Counted from the stretch's first letter, positions 13,592-25,301 are shown. The stretch is 64,000 nucleotides of DNA from Candidatus Latescibacterota bacterium (GCA_965198115.1 OZ240241.1:480001-544000), one strand, 5' to 3'. Numbers and translations: made by a program. The notes: generated by a model not told the origin, from the letters alone.

Positions 13592-14965
13592 GAGCTCAGG
13601 TCAATAGGTGTGTAAAAGAAATCAGGCGGCCATCTTCCCGGCTTCGACCTTCGGTCCGGTTGAGTGTTTCTGATCGTAGACTTGTTGTAGCAAGTGTGGC
13701 GCGGTGAGTTTCCTGAATCGGCTCTCTGCGACCTTGAGCGTACGCCAGATGAGAGCCGTGGCGTTCCTGACTTTCTTGAATCGCCTGGCGGCGTTTGTGC
13801 GAAGCCGAACGGAAGCAAAGGGGCTCTCGACGACGTTCGTGGTTCTCAGGTGTTTCCAGTGTTCCTTCGGGAAGTCGTAGAACGTGACCATCCGATCCCA
13901 GTCTCTTTCGAGCGTCTCCACGGCGGCAGGGAACTGTGAGCGATACCGTGCGGCAAAGCGTTTCCGGAGCTTCTCGGCCTCCTTTTTCGTGCCGGCATAG
14001 GGGATCTGGACGAGCAGTGCGCGGGCTTCAGCCTGTGCACGCTTGGCGACCTTGTCGAGCACGTTGAGGATCTTGTGGTTCCAGCACCGTTGTTGCCGGC
14101 TCTCTGGCCAGACCTGATCAACGGCCGCCCAGATGCCCATATTCCCGTCCGCGGCGATCAGGACAGGATGTTCGAGCCCGCGATCCCGGAGATCCCGTAG
14201 CACCGTGAGCCAGGATTCTGTAGACTCTCGATAACCGGGTTCTATCGCCAGGATCTCCTTGCTGCCGTCGCTCATCGCGCCGATCACGACCAGCAGACAC
14301 GCCTTCTCGCGCTCGAGCCCGGCTTTGACGTAGATGCCATCAGCCCAGGCGTAGACCAGTTCGCGATTATCCAGACGCCTTTCTTTCCAGTCCTGGAAGT
14401 CGACCTCCCACTTCCCTCGAAGACGAGCGATCGAGGTCGGCGAAAGCGGCGCGCCATCACCGAGCAGCGCACGCAAAGACAACTCGAAGTCGCCCTGGGA
14501 GAGACCGTGGAGATAAAGGTCGGGAAGCAGATCTCCAATGGCCCTGGTTCTCCGGGCGAACAGGGGGAGGATGCGGCTTTCAAACCGCTCTTCCAGACCA
14601 CGAACCCGGGGACGCCGGACCTTGATCGTTCCGCAGCTCGTCGAGAGACGCCGGGGCTTGCCGTAGCCGTTCCTGTAGCCCGTGGAGCTATCGACCTCGG
14701 CTCGGCGCTCATACCACGACCGGCCCAAGAACGCGGTCGCCTCCTCCTCCAGAATGGACTGGAACCGGCCCTGGATCTCTTCACGGATCCAATCGTCAAC
14801 CGTCTCCCACGTCGGCATGGACTTCAATGGGGCTCTATGCGTATGTTCCTTCACGGCGATCCTCCTTCCCAACCGGGCCTCTCACCCGGTTTTGTGTGAA
14901 TCAACTATCTCACGGGAAGGGTAGGGTCGCCCTTTCTCTTTTTCCACACCTTTTGATTATAGCTC
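13592..14965 (-). mobile_element. IS256-family element type B, copy 1
   Basis: TIRs gagctcaggtcaataggtgtg / gagctataatcaaaaggtgtg; 9-bp TSD gccaccgtc. Confidence 0.95.
13622..14872 (-). CDS. IS256 transposase
   Basis: YRNGY, WADGI, AADG, QRCWNHK, RTTNVVES. Confidence 0.95.
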   Translation of the reverse strand: MGRRIAVKEHTHRAPLKSMPTWETVDDWIREEIQGRFQSILEEEATAFLGRSWYERRAEVDSSTGYRNGYGKPRRLSTSCGTIKVRRPRVRGLEERFESRILPLFARRTRAIGDLLPDLYLHGLSQGDFELSLRALLGDGAPLSPTSIARLRGKWEVDFQDWKERRLDNRELVYAWADGIYVKAGLEREKACLLVVIGAMSDGSKEILAIEPGYRESTESWLTVLRDLRDRGLEHPVLIAADGNMGIWAAVDQVWPESRQQRCWNHKILNVLDKVAKRAQAEARALLVQIPYAGTKKEAEKLRKRFAARYRSQFPAAVETLERDWDRMVTFYDFPKEHWKHLRTTNVVESPFASVRLRTNAARRFKKVRNATALIWRTLKVAESRFRKLTAPHLLQQVYDQKHSTGPKVEAGKMAA

Positions 14966-15040
14966 GCCACCGTCCTGCTTCTCGCTTTTGGAACACAGGA
15001 TGTTAAGGCAATCAACTAAGACCAGTGAGAAGGAGGGTTT

Positions 15041-15300
15041 ATGAGGGCGCTGAATGCATTGCTTGCGTGCTCGCTAATTATCGGGAACAGCTACGCAGGA
15101 GGATTGGAAATCATTCACATCAACATCGGCCAAGGTGATGCAACGCTCATCCTTGGCCCAGCGTCGGAGGATGGTTCAAGGAGGACGGTGCTCTATGATG
15201 CGGGGAATATCCCTGGTTACGGAGCGCCTGATGGAGGGAAGCGGATCTCTGCTGTCTTAACCAGACGAGGTATCACCAAAATCAATTACTTCATCGCGTC
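15041..15300 (+). pseudogene. ComEC/Rec2-type metallo-beta-lactamase fold protein, N-terminal fragment
   Basis: Signal peptide, INIGQGDATLI, VLYDAG; truncated just before HxHxDH. Confidence 0.75.
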
Positions 15301-15505
15301 TTCTGGGAACGCGGAAGCAGGTAGGTATGCCGATCAGGGGCGAGGAATCTGTTGAGATGAAGCGGGCGATCTGGAAGAGTCTGAGGCGCCAGCGGCGTTC
15401 TTGACATCCCACGTGGGACGGGCTGGGATAGTTGGCGCAGAGGGGGCACCTCTGTCCAGGGGGATATTCTGGGTTCGATTTCGTTGTCGGGATCGCCCGG
15501 GGTTA

Positions 15506-15686
15506 ATAAATATACTGATATTCCGATCACCTCAAAGCAGCTATCCCTTCTCACGAGTTCTTCCCTCAAGCAGGAGACAAAATAACTTTGCCATCTGCTC
15601 CACCTTGCTTATCCAGTCCTGATGCCAGCTGCATGAAACATGCCACCGAACCCTGGATGGGGAGCATCGCATTATTCACTGCACGA
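15506..15686 (+). repeat. Imperfect direct repeat, copy 1 (pairs with 17941-18090)
   Basis: Both copies run ataaatatactgatattccgatcacctc...cactgcacga and differ by indels. Confidence 0.85.
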
Positions 15687-15960
15687 TCACGCGTCCTGTC
15701 GAACACGAAGTCGTAGGCCCAGACGTGGTTGCGATGCTGCGGCCTGAGCCGGACACAGGAGCCATCGTGTGAACCACAGCCGACCCCGCTTGGGCTCAGC
15801 CCTTCCTGCCGCCAAATGCGCTCGACCCGCTTGTGGTTCACGCGCCAGCCATCGGTCCTGAGGAGGGCCGTGATACGGCGGTAGCCATACCGGCCATACT
15901 CAGAAGCCAGAGACACGATGTTCTCCCGGCTCGCGCTTCCAGGTCCGCGCCCGCCTGTAA
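15687..15960 (-). mobile_element. IS3-family transposase remnant
   Basis: YGRYGYRRITALL..VNHKRVERIWRQEGL, NHVWAYDFV. Confidence 0.85.
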
Positions 15961-16049
15961 ACAACGAGTCACGTCAGACACCTCTGCAGCGTCGAAAAAG
16001 GAGCTGACCTCGTTGCGCTCGTCCCTGTGCTAAGCACAGGGACGCGTAG

Positions 16050-17144
16050 TTATCGCCCCGAGCTCAACGGCTCCGATATCGCCGCGATCTTTTCCTCATC
16101 CAATTCCATCCCCAAGCCAGGTCCATCGGGCAACAGCACATACCCCTTTTCATACTGAATCGGGTTCTTGACGACATCGCTCTCGTAAAGCTGACCGCCC
16201 GTGCAATCGCCGGGGTAATCGAGGTTCTCGGTGATGCAGCCGAACGTAGCCTGTGCTGCGACGCCGATGGACAGCTCCTGCGTCGTACCTACGAGGACGG
16301 AGAGTCCGGCGGATTGGGCGACCTGGGCGTACTGTATCGCGCCGGTGAAACCACCAGTGCCGCAAAGACAGAGATTGTATATGTCGACGTATTTGTTGCG
16401 TGCGAACTCGTAGGCCTGATTCAGCGAGTGAACGTGCTCGCTGACGGGAAAGTCGATTCTCTTCCTCACTTCTATCTGTCCGTCGAGGTCTCTGCGATCG
16501 GATACGGATTCACACAGGATCGGCGCGTAGTATTGGGAGAGGATGCCGATGGCTTTGACGACGTGCTTCCACTTGTGGACGCCGCTGAAGTCGAGTGACT
16601 TGAGCTCGAACTTGTCGCTGTGGTTGGATTTGACGCCGTCGAGAAAGATCTCATCCGCTTCTATGACGCCTCCGTGGTACAACCGGAATAGGTCTTGCCC
16701 TTCACCTATCCGCCGGTCGACGCGCTTGATGTTCGCTTCAGCGTCTTCGCGTGAGTAGTTGCGGAAGATGGGATAGCAGACACGCATTTTTTCCTCTAGC
16801 GCACCTCCGAATACGCCCGCAACGGATCGACCCTGGATCTTGCCGATCAGGTCGAACAGGGCGATCTCAAAACCCGCCTGAATCGCCCCACCCATTCGTA
16901 GACGGCCCTGTGCCGCCGTGGTGATGATATGCCAGTCGAGAGGATCCTGACCGACCAGCAGCGCTTCGTAGGCGGCCTTCACATCCGTCAGGTCATACAT
17001 GAGCCCCCAATCGCCCACGTCGGACATCTCACCCAGGCCGACCAGTCCTTCGTCGGTGTTGAATTGAACGACGACGTGACGGGAGACGGATCCCGTTTCA
17101 CGCCGGGTTGCGACAGGTGTCAGGTCAACGCTGGTGATCTTCAT
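16050..17144 (-). CDS. Enolase-superfamily enzyme, galactarate dehydratase II-like (RxY subgroup)
   Basis: TDEGLVGLGEMSD, VCYPIFR, FRLY, DFS, SEHV, GTTQELS, GLGMELDE. Confidence 0.85.
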   Translation of the reverse strand: MKITSVDLTPVATRRETGSVSRHVVVQFNTDEGLVGLGEMSDVGDWGLMYDLTDVKAAYEALLVGQDPLDWHIITTAAQGRLRMGGAIQAGFEIALFDLIGKIQGRSVAGVFGGALEEKMRVCYPIFRNYSREDAEANIKRVDRRIGEGQDLFRLYHGGVIEADEIFLDGVKSNHSDKFELKSLDFSGVHKWKHVVKAIGILSQYYAPILCESVSDRRDLDGQIEVRKRIDFPVSEHVHSLNQAYEFARNKYVDIYNLCLCGTGGFTGAIQYAQVAQSAGLSVLVGTTQELSIGVAAQATFGCITENLDYPGDCTGGQLYESDVVKNPIQYEKGYVLLPDGPGLGMELDEEKIAAISEPLSSGR

Positions 17145-17237
17145 GGAAATGCTCCTTGAAAGACGGGTGGTGGTTCTGGACTTCAGGCATCAGGCGGCTG
17201 ATACTGGCCGGCACCCGCACTGTAAACGTACTGCCCT

Positions 17238-17925
17238 TCACATCTCATCAGCGGGGTGACGGATACGGCGATCGGGGAAGGGCTCGTAAGGGTAGCGGGC
17301 GAGTGCGTCTTCATCGAGTTCGATGCCCAGCCCAGGTTGGTCCGGGAGGGCGATGTGGCTGTCGACGACCTCGAACGGCGTCGTGGCGATATCGCGGCCT
17401 AGGGGCTCGAGGTTCAAAAAGTACTCGCGGATGATGAAGTTGGGCATGGTGGCCACGGTATGCATGGTTGCGGCGAGTCCCACGGTCGTGCTGTTGTAGT
17501 TGTGGGGTGCGACACCGACGTGATAGGCCTCTGCCATCGCGCCGATCTCTTCGAGCTCAAGGATGCCGCCGCAAGCGCCAATGTCTGGATTGATGATGTC
17601 GGCTACCTGCTTTTCAAAGGCCAGTACGAACTCCTGCTCGAGGTAAAGCTCTTCACCGGAGACGACTGGGATATTGATCTGGCTACGCGCTTCGGCCAGT
17701 CCATTCAGATCACGCGAGGAAACGGGCTCCTCATACCAGAACGGTCGATACGCTTCGATTCGGCGGGCGACGCGGACGGCGTGCATAGGTGCAAGGCGGC
17801 AATGCACTTCGACGAGAATCTCGACGTCGGGCCCCACCGCTGCGCGGACAGCCTTAACGCGTTCGACGGCAATGTCTTCTTGCGCGCGGTCGATGTAGGC
17901 GCGGTCCGGGGGCGTCCTTGTATTG
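17238..17925 (-). pseudogene. Mandelate racemase/galactonate dehydratase-like enzyme, 5' truncated
   Basis: EVHCR, WYEEP, SGEE, INPD, APHN, PGLGIELDE; capping domain missing. Confidence 0.8.
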
Positions 17926-17940
17926 TCGGCCCTTCACATG

Positions 17941-18090
17941 ATAAATATACTGATATTCCGATCACCTCAAAGCAGCTATCCTCTCACGAGTTCTTCCCTC
18001 AGCAGGAGACAAAATAACTTTGCCATCTTGCTCCACCTCGCTTATCCAGTCCTTATGCCAGCTGCATGAATCGCATAATTCACTGCACGA
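17941..18090 (+). repeat. Imperfect direct repeat, copy 2
   Basis: See 15506-15686. Confidence 0.85.
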
Positions 18091-18309
18091 CAAATAGTTA
18101 TGAAGAAATAGGGACGACTGGTAACGCAATCGGAGTGTGGTCAATAATCCCCCCAGGCATTCATCTTGATCCAAGATATGAAGATGGGAGAGGCAGAATG
18201 GCGAGATGTCCTCCATCTGGTAGTGCCTGTCAGTTATTGCCAATTCACAACGCTGGACAGCAGATGGGTCGAGTTTATCAAGCAAACGGGTCTGACCTAC
18301 CCAGAATGC

Positions 18310-18804
18310 CGGAAGCGTCGCTATAAAATCGGTTCGACATCCGGCTACCTACCCGGTATGCTGGCCATCAACCAGGCAGATGCCGAGAAGCAGGGATACG
18401 TCCCTGACGCAACTTTCGGGGCCGGCGACGTCCCCCGCGGTCGTCCCTACCCGCACATGGTCCTACGAAACATCCTCGAACTCGACGTCTCACCCGTGCA
18501 ATCGGTCGTGAAGGTCGACGATACTTTGACCGGAATCGAAGAAGGTCTCAACGCAGGTTGCTGGGCGGTCGGGCTCGCCATTTCCGGCAACGAGGTGGGC
18601 GTCCAGCTCGACGAGTGGGAGGCCTTTCCCGACGACATCAGACAGAAACACCGCGACCGCATTTATCCCACGATGTATCAACGAGGTGCGCATTATGTCG
18701 TGGACAGCATCGCGGATCTGGTCCCGTGTCTCGAACGACATCGAAAACCGCATGAAGCGTGGCGAGAGACCCTGAGAGCGAACACCCAGAGGAGAGCCTT
18801 ATGA
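18310..18804 (+). pseudogene. phnX: Phosphonoacetaldehyde hydrolase, C-terminal half
   Basis: KIGSTSGY, GRPYPHM, VKVDDT..GIEEGLNAGCW.VG...SGNEVG, GAHYVVDSIADL; N-terminal DWAGT motif absent. Confidence 0.8.
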
Positions 18805-19524
18805 ATCGATCGTTAATGGTGTGTGTCGGATTGGCCATATCGTGTGGTGCTAAGTGCCACCGACTGGGCTTACTCGGGCGAGAAGGGTCCAGAGAACTGG
18901 GCGAATCTGCACGAAGATTTCGGGGCCTGCAATGGCAGGAACCAGTCACCGATCGACCTCAGCGGGTTTATCGAATCCGATCTGCCACCCATTGCCTTCG
19001 ACTACAGGCCGGGTGGTCACGAAACCCTCAACAATGGTCACACAGTGCAGGTGAACTATTCGGAAGGCAGTCACATCATCGTGGACGGGGTTCGCTTCGA
19101 TCTCAAGCAATTTCACTTCCACGCTCCAAGCGAGAACCTCATCGATGGTCGGTCTTTCCCCTTGGAAGCGCACCTGGTTCACGCAGATCAGTCAGGTAAT
19201 CTCGCCGTCGTGGCCGTCATGTTCGTCGAAGGCGAGGCAAACACTACGCTCGCGACAGCATGGTCTCGAATGCCTGAACACGCGGGCGACACCCACGAAT
19301 TGACCCCACCCATCGCGGCCGAAGGCATCCTGCCGTCCAATCGAGACTACTATCGATTCAACGGCTCGCTGACCACTCCGCCGTGTTCGGAAGGGGTCCG
19401 TTGGCTTGTCATGAAAAGTAGCATCTCCACTTCCAGGGATCAGATCGAGGTGTTCTCCCACGCCATCCACCATCCGAATAATCGACCGGTACAACGGGTC
19501 AACGCACGTCCCATCCTGAAATAG
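18801..19524 (+). CDS. cah: Periplasmic alpha-carbonic anhydrase (frameshift in the signal-peptide region)
   Basis: W.Y.G..GP..W, QSPID, NNGHT, QFHFH, EAHLVH, GSLTTPPCSEGVRW; ATG 18801 with RBS is out of frame near 18850. Confidence 0.88.
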
Positions 19525-19535
19525 GAGTCTCTCTT

Positions 19536-19979
19536 TTGGAAGAGACCAGAGATGCGCCCTGGGGATCCGTAGAGACTCGATTCGACCCGATCCATTCAGC
19601 CGCGCGGGAACGCAATGTCAAGCGCGTCCGGGCGCTCCTCGAAGAAGGCATTGACGTCAACAGCCTGAACGGCGAGGCACCCAACGGCGACGGTGGCAAT
19701 ACACCCCTCTGGTTCGCTGCGCAGGGACCGTGGCCGGACGGTCTTGCCGCCGTTCGTGTGCTCGTCGAAGCTGGCGCCGAAGTCAATAGGCAATGCGAGC
19801 ACGGACGGACAGCGCTTCACATGGCATCCGCCTGGGGCCATCTTGACGTGGTCGAATACCTCCTCGACCAGGGAGCCGACCCAACAATCCGGGCAGAAGT
19901 CGACGGGACGCCCGAGGATATGGCACGCGCACGGAATCGACGGGAGATCTGCAATTTTTTCAACCGTTTGAAGACCTGA
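19536..19979 (+). CDS. Ankyrin repeat protein
   Basis: GNTPLWFAA, GRTALHMASAWGHLDVVEYLLDQGAD. Confidence 0.85.
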   Translation: MEETRDAPWGSVETRFDPIHSAARERNVKRVRALLEEGIDVNSLNGEAPNGDGGNTPLWFAAQGPWPDGLAAVRVLVEAGAEVNRQCEHGRTALHMASAWGHLDVVEYLLDQGADPTIRAEVDGTPEDMARARNRREICNFFNRLKT

Positions 19980-20093
19980 GGACGGCCTGGAAGAGGCGGA
20001 AGGCAACGCCCTTCGTCTGTCCCTTGAGCACCTGGTTAATAGCTGTCACTTACTGAGGGCGAAATGGCACTGCACAAGGGACTGCAAAAAGAA

Positions 20094-21513
20094 GGCTCTA
20101 TCCGGGTTTCTCAACGGTGAAACTATAGAATGACAAGGTCATAGATCGTTCCCTACGCTTGGTTGTGTGTGTAGGACAATCAAAGCGAAGGGGGTGCGAC
20201 CTATGACCGGGAGCAGATTACTATCGAAACTGCTGAGATTCAAGGGGTTCCGTGTTGTCAGCTGGTGGTTTGAGGGGAGAAGCTGTTTCGTCATCGCCGT
20301 AAAGCCACATAAGAATGGTTGTTGTTGTCCGGAGTGCGGCCGTCGAGGTAAAATCGTCCGCACAATGCCCCATCCGCGTCGGTGGCGTGACATTCCGGTG
20401 TGCGGGTGGAGGGTCTGGCTTCTCTACCATCCTCGGGAGATTCGGTGTCCTACCCACGGTCGTGTGGTCGAGGAGATTCCGTGGGCGGAGCGGTTCTCTC
20501 GGGTGACGTATCGCTTCGAGTATGCCATGCTGCGCTACTGCCAGACCATGACGCAGAAGGCGGCGTCCGAGTTACTGCGCATCTCTGCCTCGACGCTGTC
20601 GGATCTCCTTCACCGATCCATCACGCGGCTTCGTGAAGGTCATCGTATCCGAGGGCTCAAAACCATCGGGATCGACGAGATCTCCTACGCCAAGCGTCAC
20701 AGGTACGCCACGCTCGTTTACGATCTGGACCGCTCCTGCGTGGTGTGGGTTGGCCGCGGCAGGGCGCGTAAAACGATCGATCGGTTCTTCACAGAGGCTC
20801 TCAGTCCCTACCGGAGATCCAAGATCGAGTGGGCCTGCTGCGACATGAGCGAAGCTTACATCGGAGCCATCCAGGAACACTGTCCGAATGCCAAGCTGGT
20901 CCTCGATCGCTTTCACATCGTCAAGGCTCTCAATGCCGCCGTTGACGAGGTCCGTAAGGACCAGTGGCGTAAAGCTGCCCCGGATGAGCGCAAAGCCATG
21001 AAGGGCCTCCGATGGCTCCTCTACCGGCACTCAGCGACACGCTCCAGAGGGGATACTCGGACACTCAAAGCACTGGAGAAGGCGAACTACCGAATCTATA
21101 GAGCCTGGAGACTCAAGGACGAGTTCGAGCAGTTCTGGGAATACAAAGCGCCCTGGGCTGCCGAACGCTTCCTGAAATGCTGGACGACGTCCGCACTCAG
21201 AAGTCGACTTGAACCCCTGCGAAAGTTCGTCAGGACCCTGCGACAGCACTTCTTCGGCGTCCTCGCATTCGTGAACACGCGTCTTACCAACGCCATCGCC
21301 GAAGGCCTCAACCGAATCGTCCAAATCGTCAAGAACCGAGCCAGCGGATTCCGCACACTCGACGCATTCAACGATATGATCTTCCTTACCGTCGGAGACA
21401 TAAACATCCCTGAGCAGATTCCGAAGAGGTTCCGCACACGCTAACCGCGCCCCCATGCCAGGAACCACGGCACCTTCACCCACTTCATCTCGTTGAGAGA
21501 TCCGGATATAGCC
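20094..21513 (+). mobile_element. ISL3-family element, copy 2 (transposase 20167-21444 intact)
   Basis: Same TIRs and identical protein to copy 1. Confidence 0.95.
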
Positions 21514-21667
21514 AAAAAAAGGTAGTCCCTTGTACAAGTGTATGGAATGTCCTAAGTTAGGACTGAACGAAGCAACCATGACACTTGGAGGAACTACCGT
21601 GGAAGAATGTAAGCAATACGGGCTCTTATTTACAAGCGTTAGCGGCAAGAAGGTTCGACGAAGTCTG

Positions 21668-23047
21668 TGTAAAGCCCGCGGTTGTCTGGACACTCGGGTG
21701 AGTGTATTCAGGCGGCCTTTCGAGTTGCCGTGAGTGCGTTTCTAGCCTGTTCGGGCGTCTTGTAGCCGTGACGTTCGATGATCCACCTGTGGTTGTATCT
21801 GTCCCGAAACTCAAGGAGTGCGAGGCGCAGGTCTTCGATGGTACTGAAGTGTCTAACCCACAGGAGGTTTTCTTTGAGGGTACGGATGAACCGCTCGGCG
21901 CATCCGTTGCCTTCTGGCTCACGCACGAAACTCGGCGATGTTTGGACGCCGAGGAATGCGATCTCGTTCTGGAAGTCGTCAGAGACGTATTGTGACCCGT
22001 GATCGTGTCGGAGCTCCAGTCCTTCGGCGATGTTTTCTTCGAAGCCCCCGAAGTGTTCACGGATGCCCTGTCGGATCGGCTCGAGAGCCTCAAAGCGGTT
22101 GGCCGTCTTGGAGGCGTGAATGCCCACACACTCGCACGTGCAGTGGTCGATCGCGATAAACACGGAGGCTCTGCCCTCGTCGACCGTGGGCGTCACAGTC
22201 AGGTCGGTGCCCCACATCTGATCGGGCTTCTCGGTCGTAATCGTGCCATCGTGGGCTCGTCGTTCGCGACGCCGTCCTGGACGCGCCTGGAGCCCGTTTT
22301 CACGCATCAACCGGCGGACCCGATCCTTTGACGTCCGCATACCGTGAAAGCGAAGCCTGGCCCAGATCTTGCGGTATCCTTCGCCGTGGAAGGGTGACGC
22401 GTCGATCTCCTGCTGAATGAGGGAGACCAATTCCTCATCGGTACCCGCTCCGACCGGGCCTCGCTTCCGGGGTTGCCGAAGATCGGTTACGGATGAACGA
22501 CGAAGCTGGCTGTGCACCGTGGAACGGGGTATCTGCAACACTTTGCACACGCGTTTAATGCTGTAGCGTCTCCCCGTGGAGGGCGAAAGGACCTCACTCA
22601 TTTCCGCGACCTCCGATGCGCCAAAGGGCGGCGGGCTTCCAGACGATCGATTCTTTGTTGCAGCAGCTCGTTGTCCATCGTGAGCTCGCCAATCTTCGCC
22701 TGGAGGTCCTTGACCCTCTCGTCACGCTCGTCGCTCGGACGAGAGCGTAGTGCGGCCTGGGCGCCAGAGTGGAACTGATCGCGCCACTCGCTCAATTTAG
22801 CTGCCGTTACTCCCAGATCGCGAGAGACGCTGTCGAGGCTCTCGCCACGCATCACACGTAATACGGCTTCGGCCTTCTCCTTCACGGAGAAACGACCCTG
22901 CGAAGTCGCGCTTGGATCGGCTGGGCCTCCGCTCGCTCTCGCTCGCTCCGCCCCAACCGATCCCCTGGTAGCCTTGTTCATGGTGGACCCTCCTTTTCGA
23001 CCTACTGTAGGTCAACGGAGTGTCCAAGAAAACCCCGGGGCGCTGGA
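21668..23047 (-). mobile_element. IS3-family element (orfA 22598-22981, orfB 21708-22601)
   Basis: HTH orfA with ATGA overlap; integrase core WGTD, HDHGSQY, AERFIRTLKE; imperfect TIRs ending ggacact. Confidence 0.9.
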
Positions 23048-23498
23048 GAAGAACATGGGACGGCCCGCCTACGGCACTTCGACGCATCTGCTAATCACGG
23101 CGGACGCAGGCGGCAGCAACGGCGCCAAGACGCGGCTGTGGAAGTGGGAGCTGCAGCGCTTTGCGAATCGCACTGGCCTGACGATCACCGTATGCCACTA
23201 CCCTCCTGGCACTAGTAAGTGGAACAAGATCGAACATCGCCTGTTCTCCTTCATCGCTATGAACTGGCGAGGCAAGCCCCTGGTCAGCCTGGCTGCAACC
23301 GTGAATCTCATTGCCGGAACGACCACTCAAGCCGGTCTCCGAGTACGCTCCGAGATCGACAAGCGACCCTACCCTAACGGGGTCAAGGTGACCGATGAAC
23401 AGATGACCCAAATCGATCTCACTCCGCACGATTTCCACGGCGACTGGAACTACACGATCCGGCCAATGGCTCAACATTGAGATCGACCGTTTATTTAT
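23048..23498 (+). mobile_element. ISAzo13-family transposase, 3' remnant (right end continues at 24918-24935)
   Basis: LLITADAGGSNG, HYPPGTSKWNKIEHRLFS, HDFHGDWNYTI; stop at 23480. Confidence 0.9.
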
Positions 23499-24917
23499 GG
23501 CTCTATCCGGGTTTCTCAACGGTGAAACTATAGAATGACAAGGTCATAGATCGTTCCCTACGCTTGGTTGTGTGTGTAGGACAATCAAAGCGAAGGGGGT
23601 GCGACCTATGACCGGGAGCAGATTACTATCGAAACTGCTGAGATTCAAGGGGTTCCGTGTTGTCAGCTGGTGGTTTGAGGGGAGAAGCTGCTTCGTCATC
23701 GCCGTAAAGCCCCATAAGAATGGTTGTTGTTGTCCGGAGTGCGGCCGTCGAGGTAAAATCGTCCGCACAATGCCCCATCCGCGTCGGTGGCGTGACATTC
23801 CGGTGTGCGGGTGGAGGGTCTGGCTTCTCTACCATCCTCGGGAGATTCGGTGTCCTACCCACGGTCGTGTGGTCGAGGAGATTCCGTGGGCGGAGCGGTT
23901 CTCTCGGGTGACGTATCGCTTCGAGTATGCCATGCTGCGCTACTGCCAGACCATGACGCAGAAGGCGGCGTCCGAGTTGCTGCGCATCTCTGCCTCGACG
24001 CTGTCGGATCTCCTTCACCGATCCATCACGCGGCTTCGTGAAGGTCATCGTATCCGAGGGCTCAAAACCATCGGGATCGACGAGATCTCCTACGCCAAGC
24101 GTCACAGGTACGCCACGCTCGTTTACGATCTGGACCGCTCCTGCGTGGTGTGGGTTGGCCGCGGCAGGGCGCGTAAAACGATCGATCGGTTTTTCACAGA
24201 GGCTCTCAGTCCCTACCAGAGATCCAAGATCGAGTGGGCCTGCTGCGACATGAGCGAAGCTTACATCGGAGCCATCCAGGAACACTGTCCGAATGCCAAG
24301 CTGGTCCTCGATCGCTTTCACATCGTCAAGGCTCTCAATGCCGCCGTTGACGAGGTCCGTAAGGACCAGTGGCGTAAAGCTGCCCCGGATGAGCGCAAAG
24401 CCATAAGGGCCTCCGATGGCTCCTCTACCGGCACTCAGCGACACGCTCCAGAGGGGATACTCGGACACTCAAAGCACTGGAGAAGGCGAACTACCGAATC
24501 TATAGAGCCTGGAGACTCAAGGACGAGTTCGAGCAGTTCTGGGAATACAAAGCGCCCTGGGCTGCCGAACGCTTCCTGAAATGCTGGACGACGTCCGCAC
24601 TCAGAAGTCGACGTGAACCCCTGCGAAAGTTCGTCAGGACCCTGCGACAGCACTTCTTCGGCGTCCTCGCATTCGTGAACACGCGTCTTACCAACGCCAT
24701 CGCCGAAGGCCTCAACCGAATCGTCCAAATCGTCAAGAACCGAGCCAGCGGATTCCGCACACTCGACGCATTCAACGATATGATCTTCCTTACCGTCGGA
24801 GACATAAACATCCCTGAGCAGATTCCGAAGAGGTTCCGCACACGCTAACCGCGCCCCCATGCCAGGAACCACGGCACCTTCACCCACTTCATCTCGTTGA
24901 GAGATCCGGATATAGCC
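23499..24917 (+). mobile_element. ISL3-family element, copy 3 (frameshifted)
   Basis: Same TIRs; 8-bp TSD ttatttat; 1-bp deletion ~24405 (gccataag vs gccatgaag). Confidence 0.95.
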
Positions 24918-24935
24918 TTATTTATTCCGAACCCT

Positions 24936-25272
24936 AACGGGAGCTTCTGGTCCATCAGATACACGGATCCCTTCTGGCTTCCCCACCGACGATGCGCCTG
25001 CTCCGAACCTTTGCGCGCATACCGAACGCCTGCGAGCTGCTCGACCTCCTGCTGGAGGAGGTCTGCCACTGCCTCCAGACCCAACGGGGTCAACGCCTGG
25101 ATCACCGACAAACGCGTCTCCAAATCGATGACATCGCCCTCAACCTTGACTTCACCATCGCCTACAAATAGCTTCTCCATCTGGGCTCCTTTCTTACGGG
25201 TATACGCTCCTACACGTCTACCCAACGTAAGTTTGGAGCCCTCTAAGTTTCAACTACAATAGGCACAACACC
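24936..25272 (-). mobile_element. IS256 type A variant, 5' fragment
   Basis: MEKLFVGDGEVKV...QKLP similar to the 8359-9606 N-terminus; left end retained. Confidence 0.88.
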
Positions 25273-25301
25273 GCTAATCGCCGGGCTTTCCTTCTCTCTT
25301 C

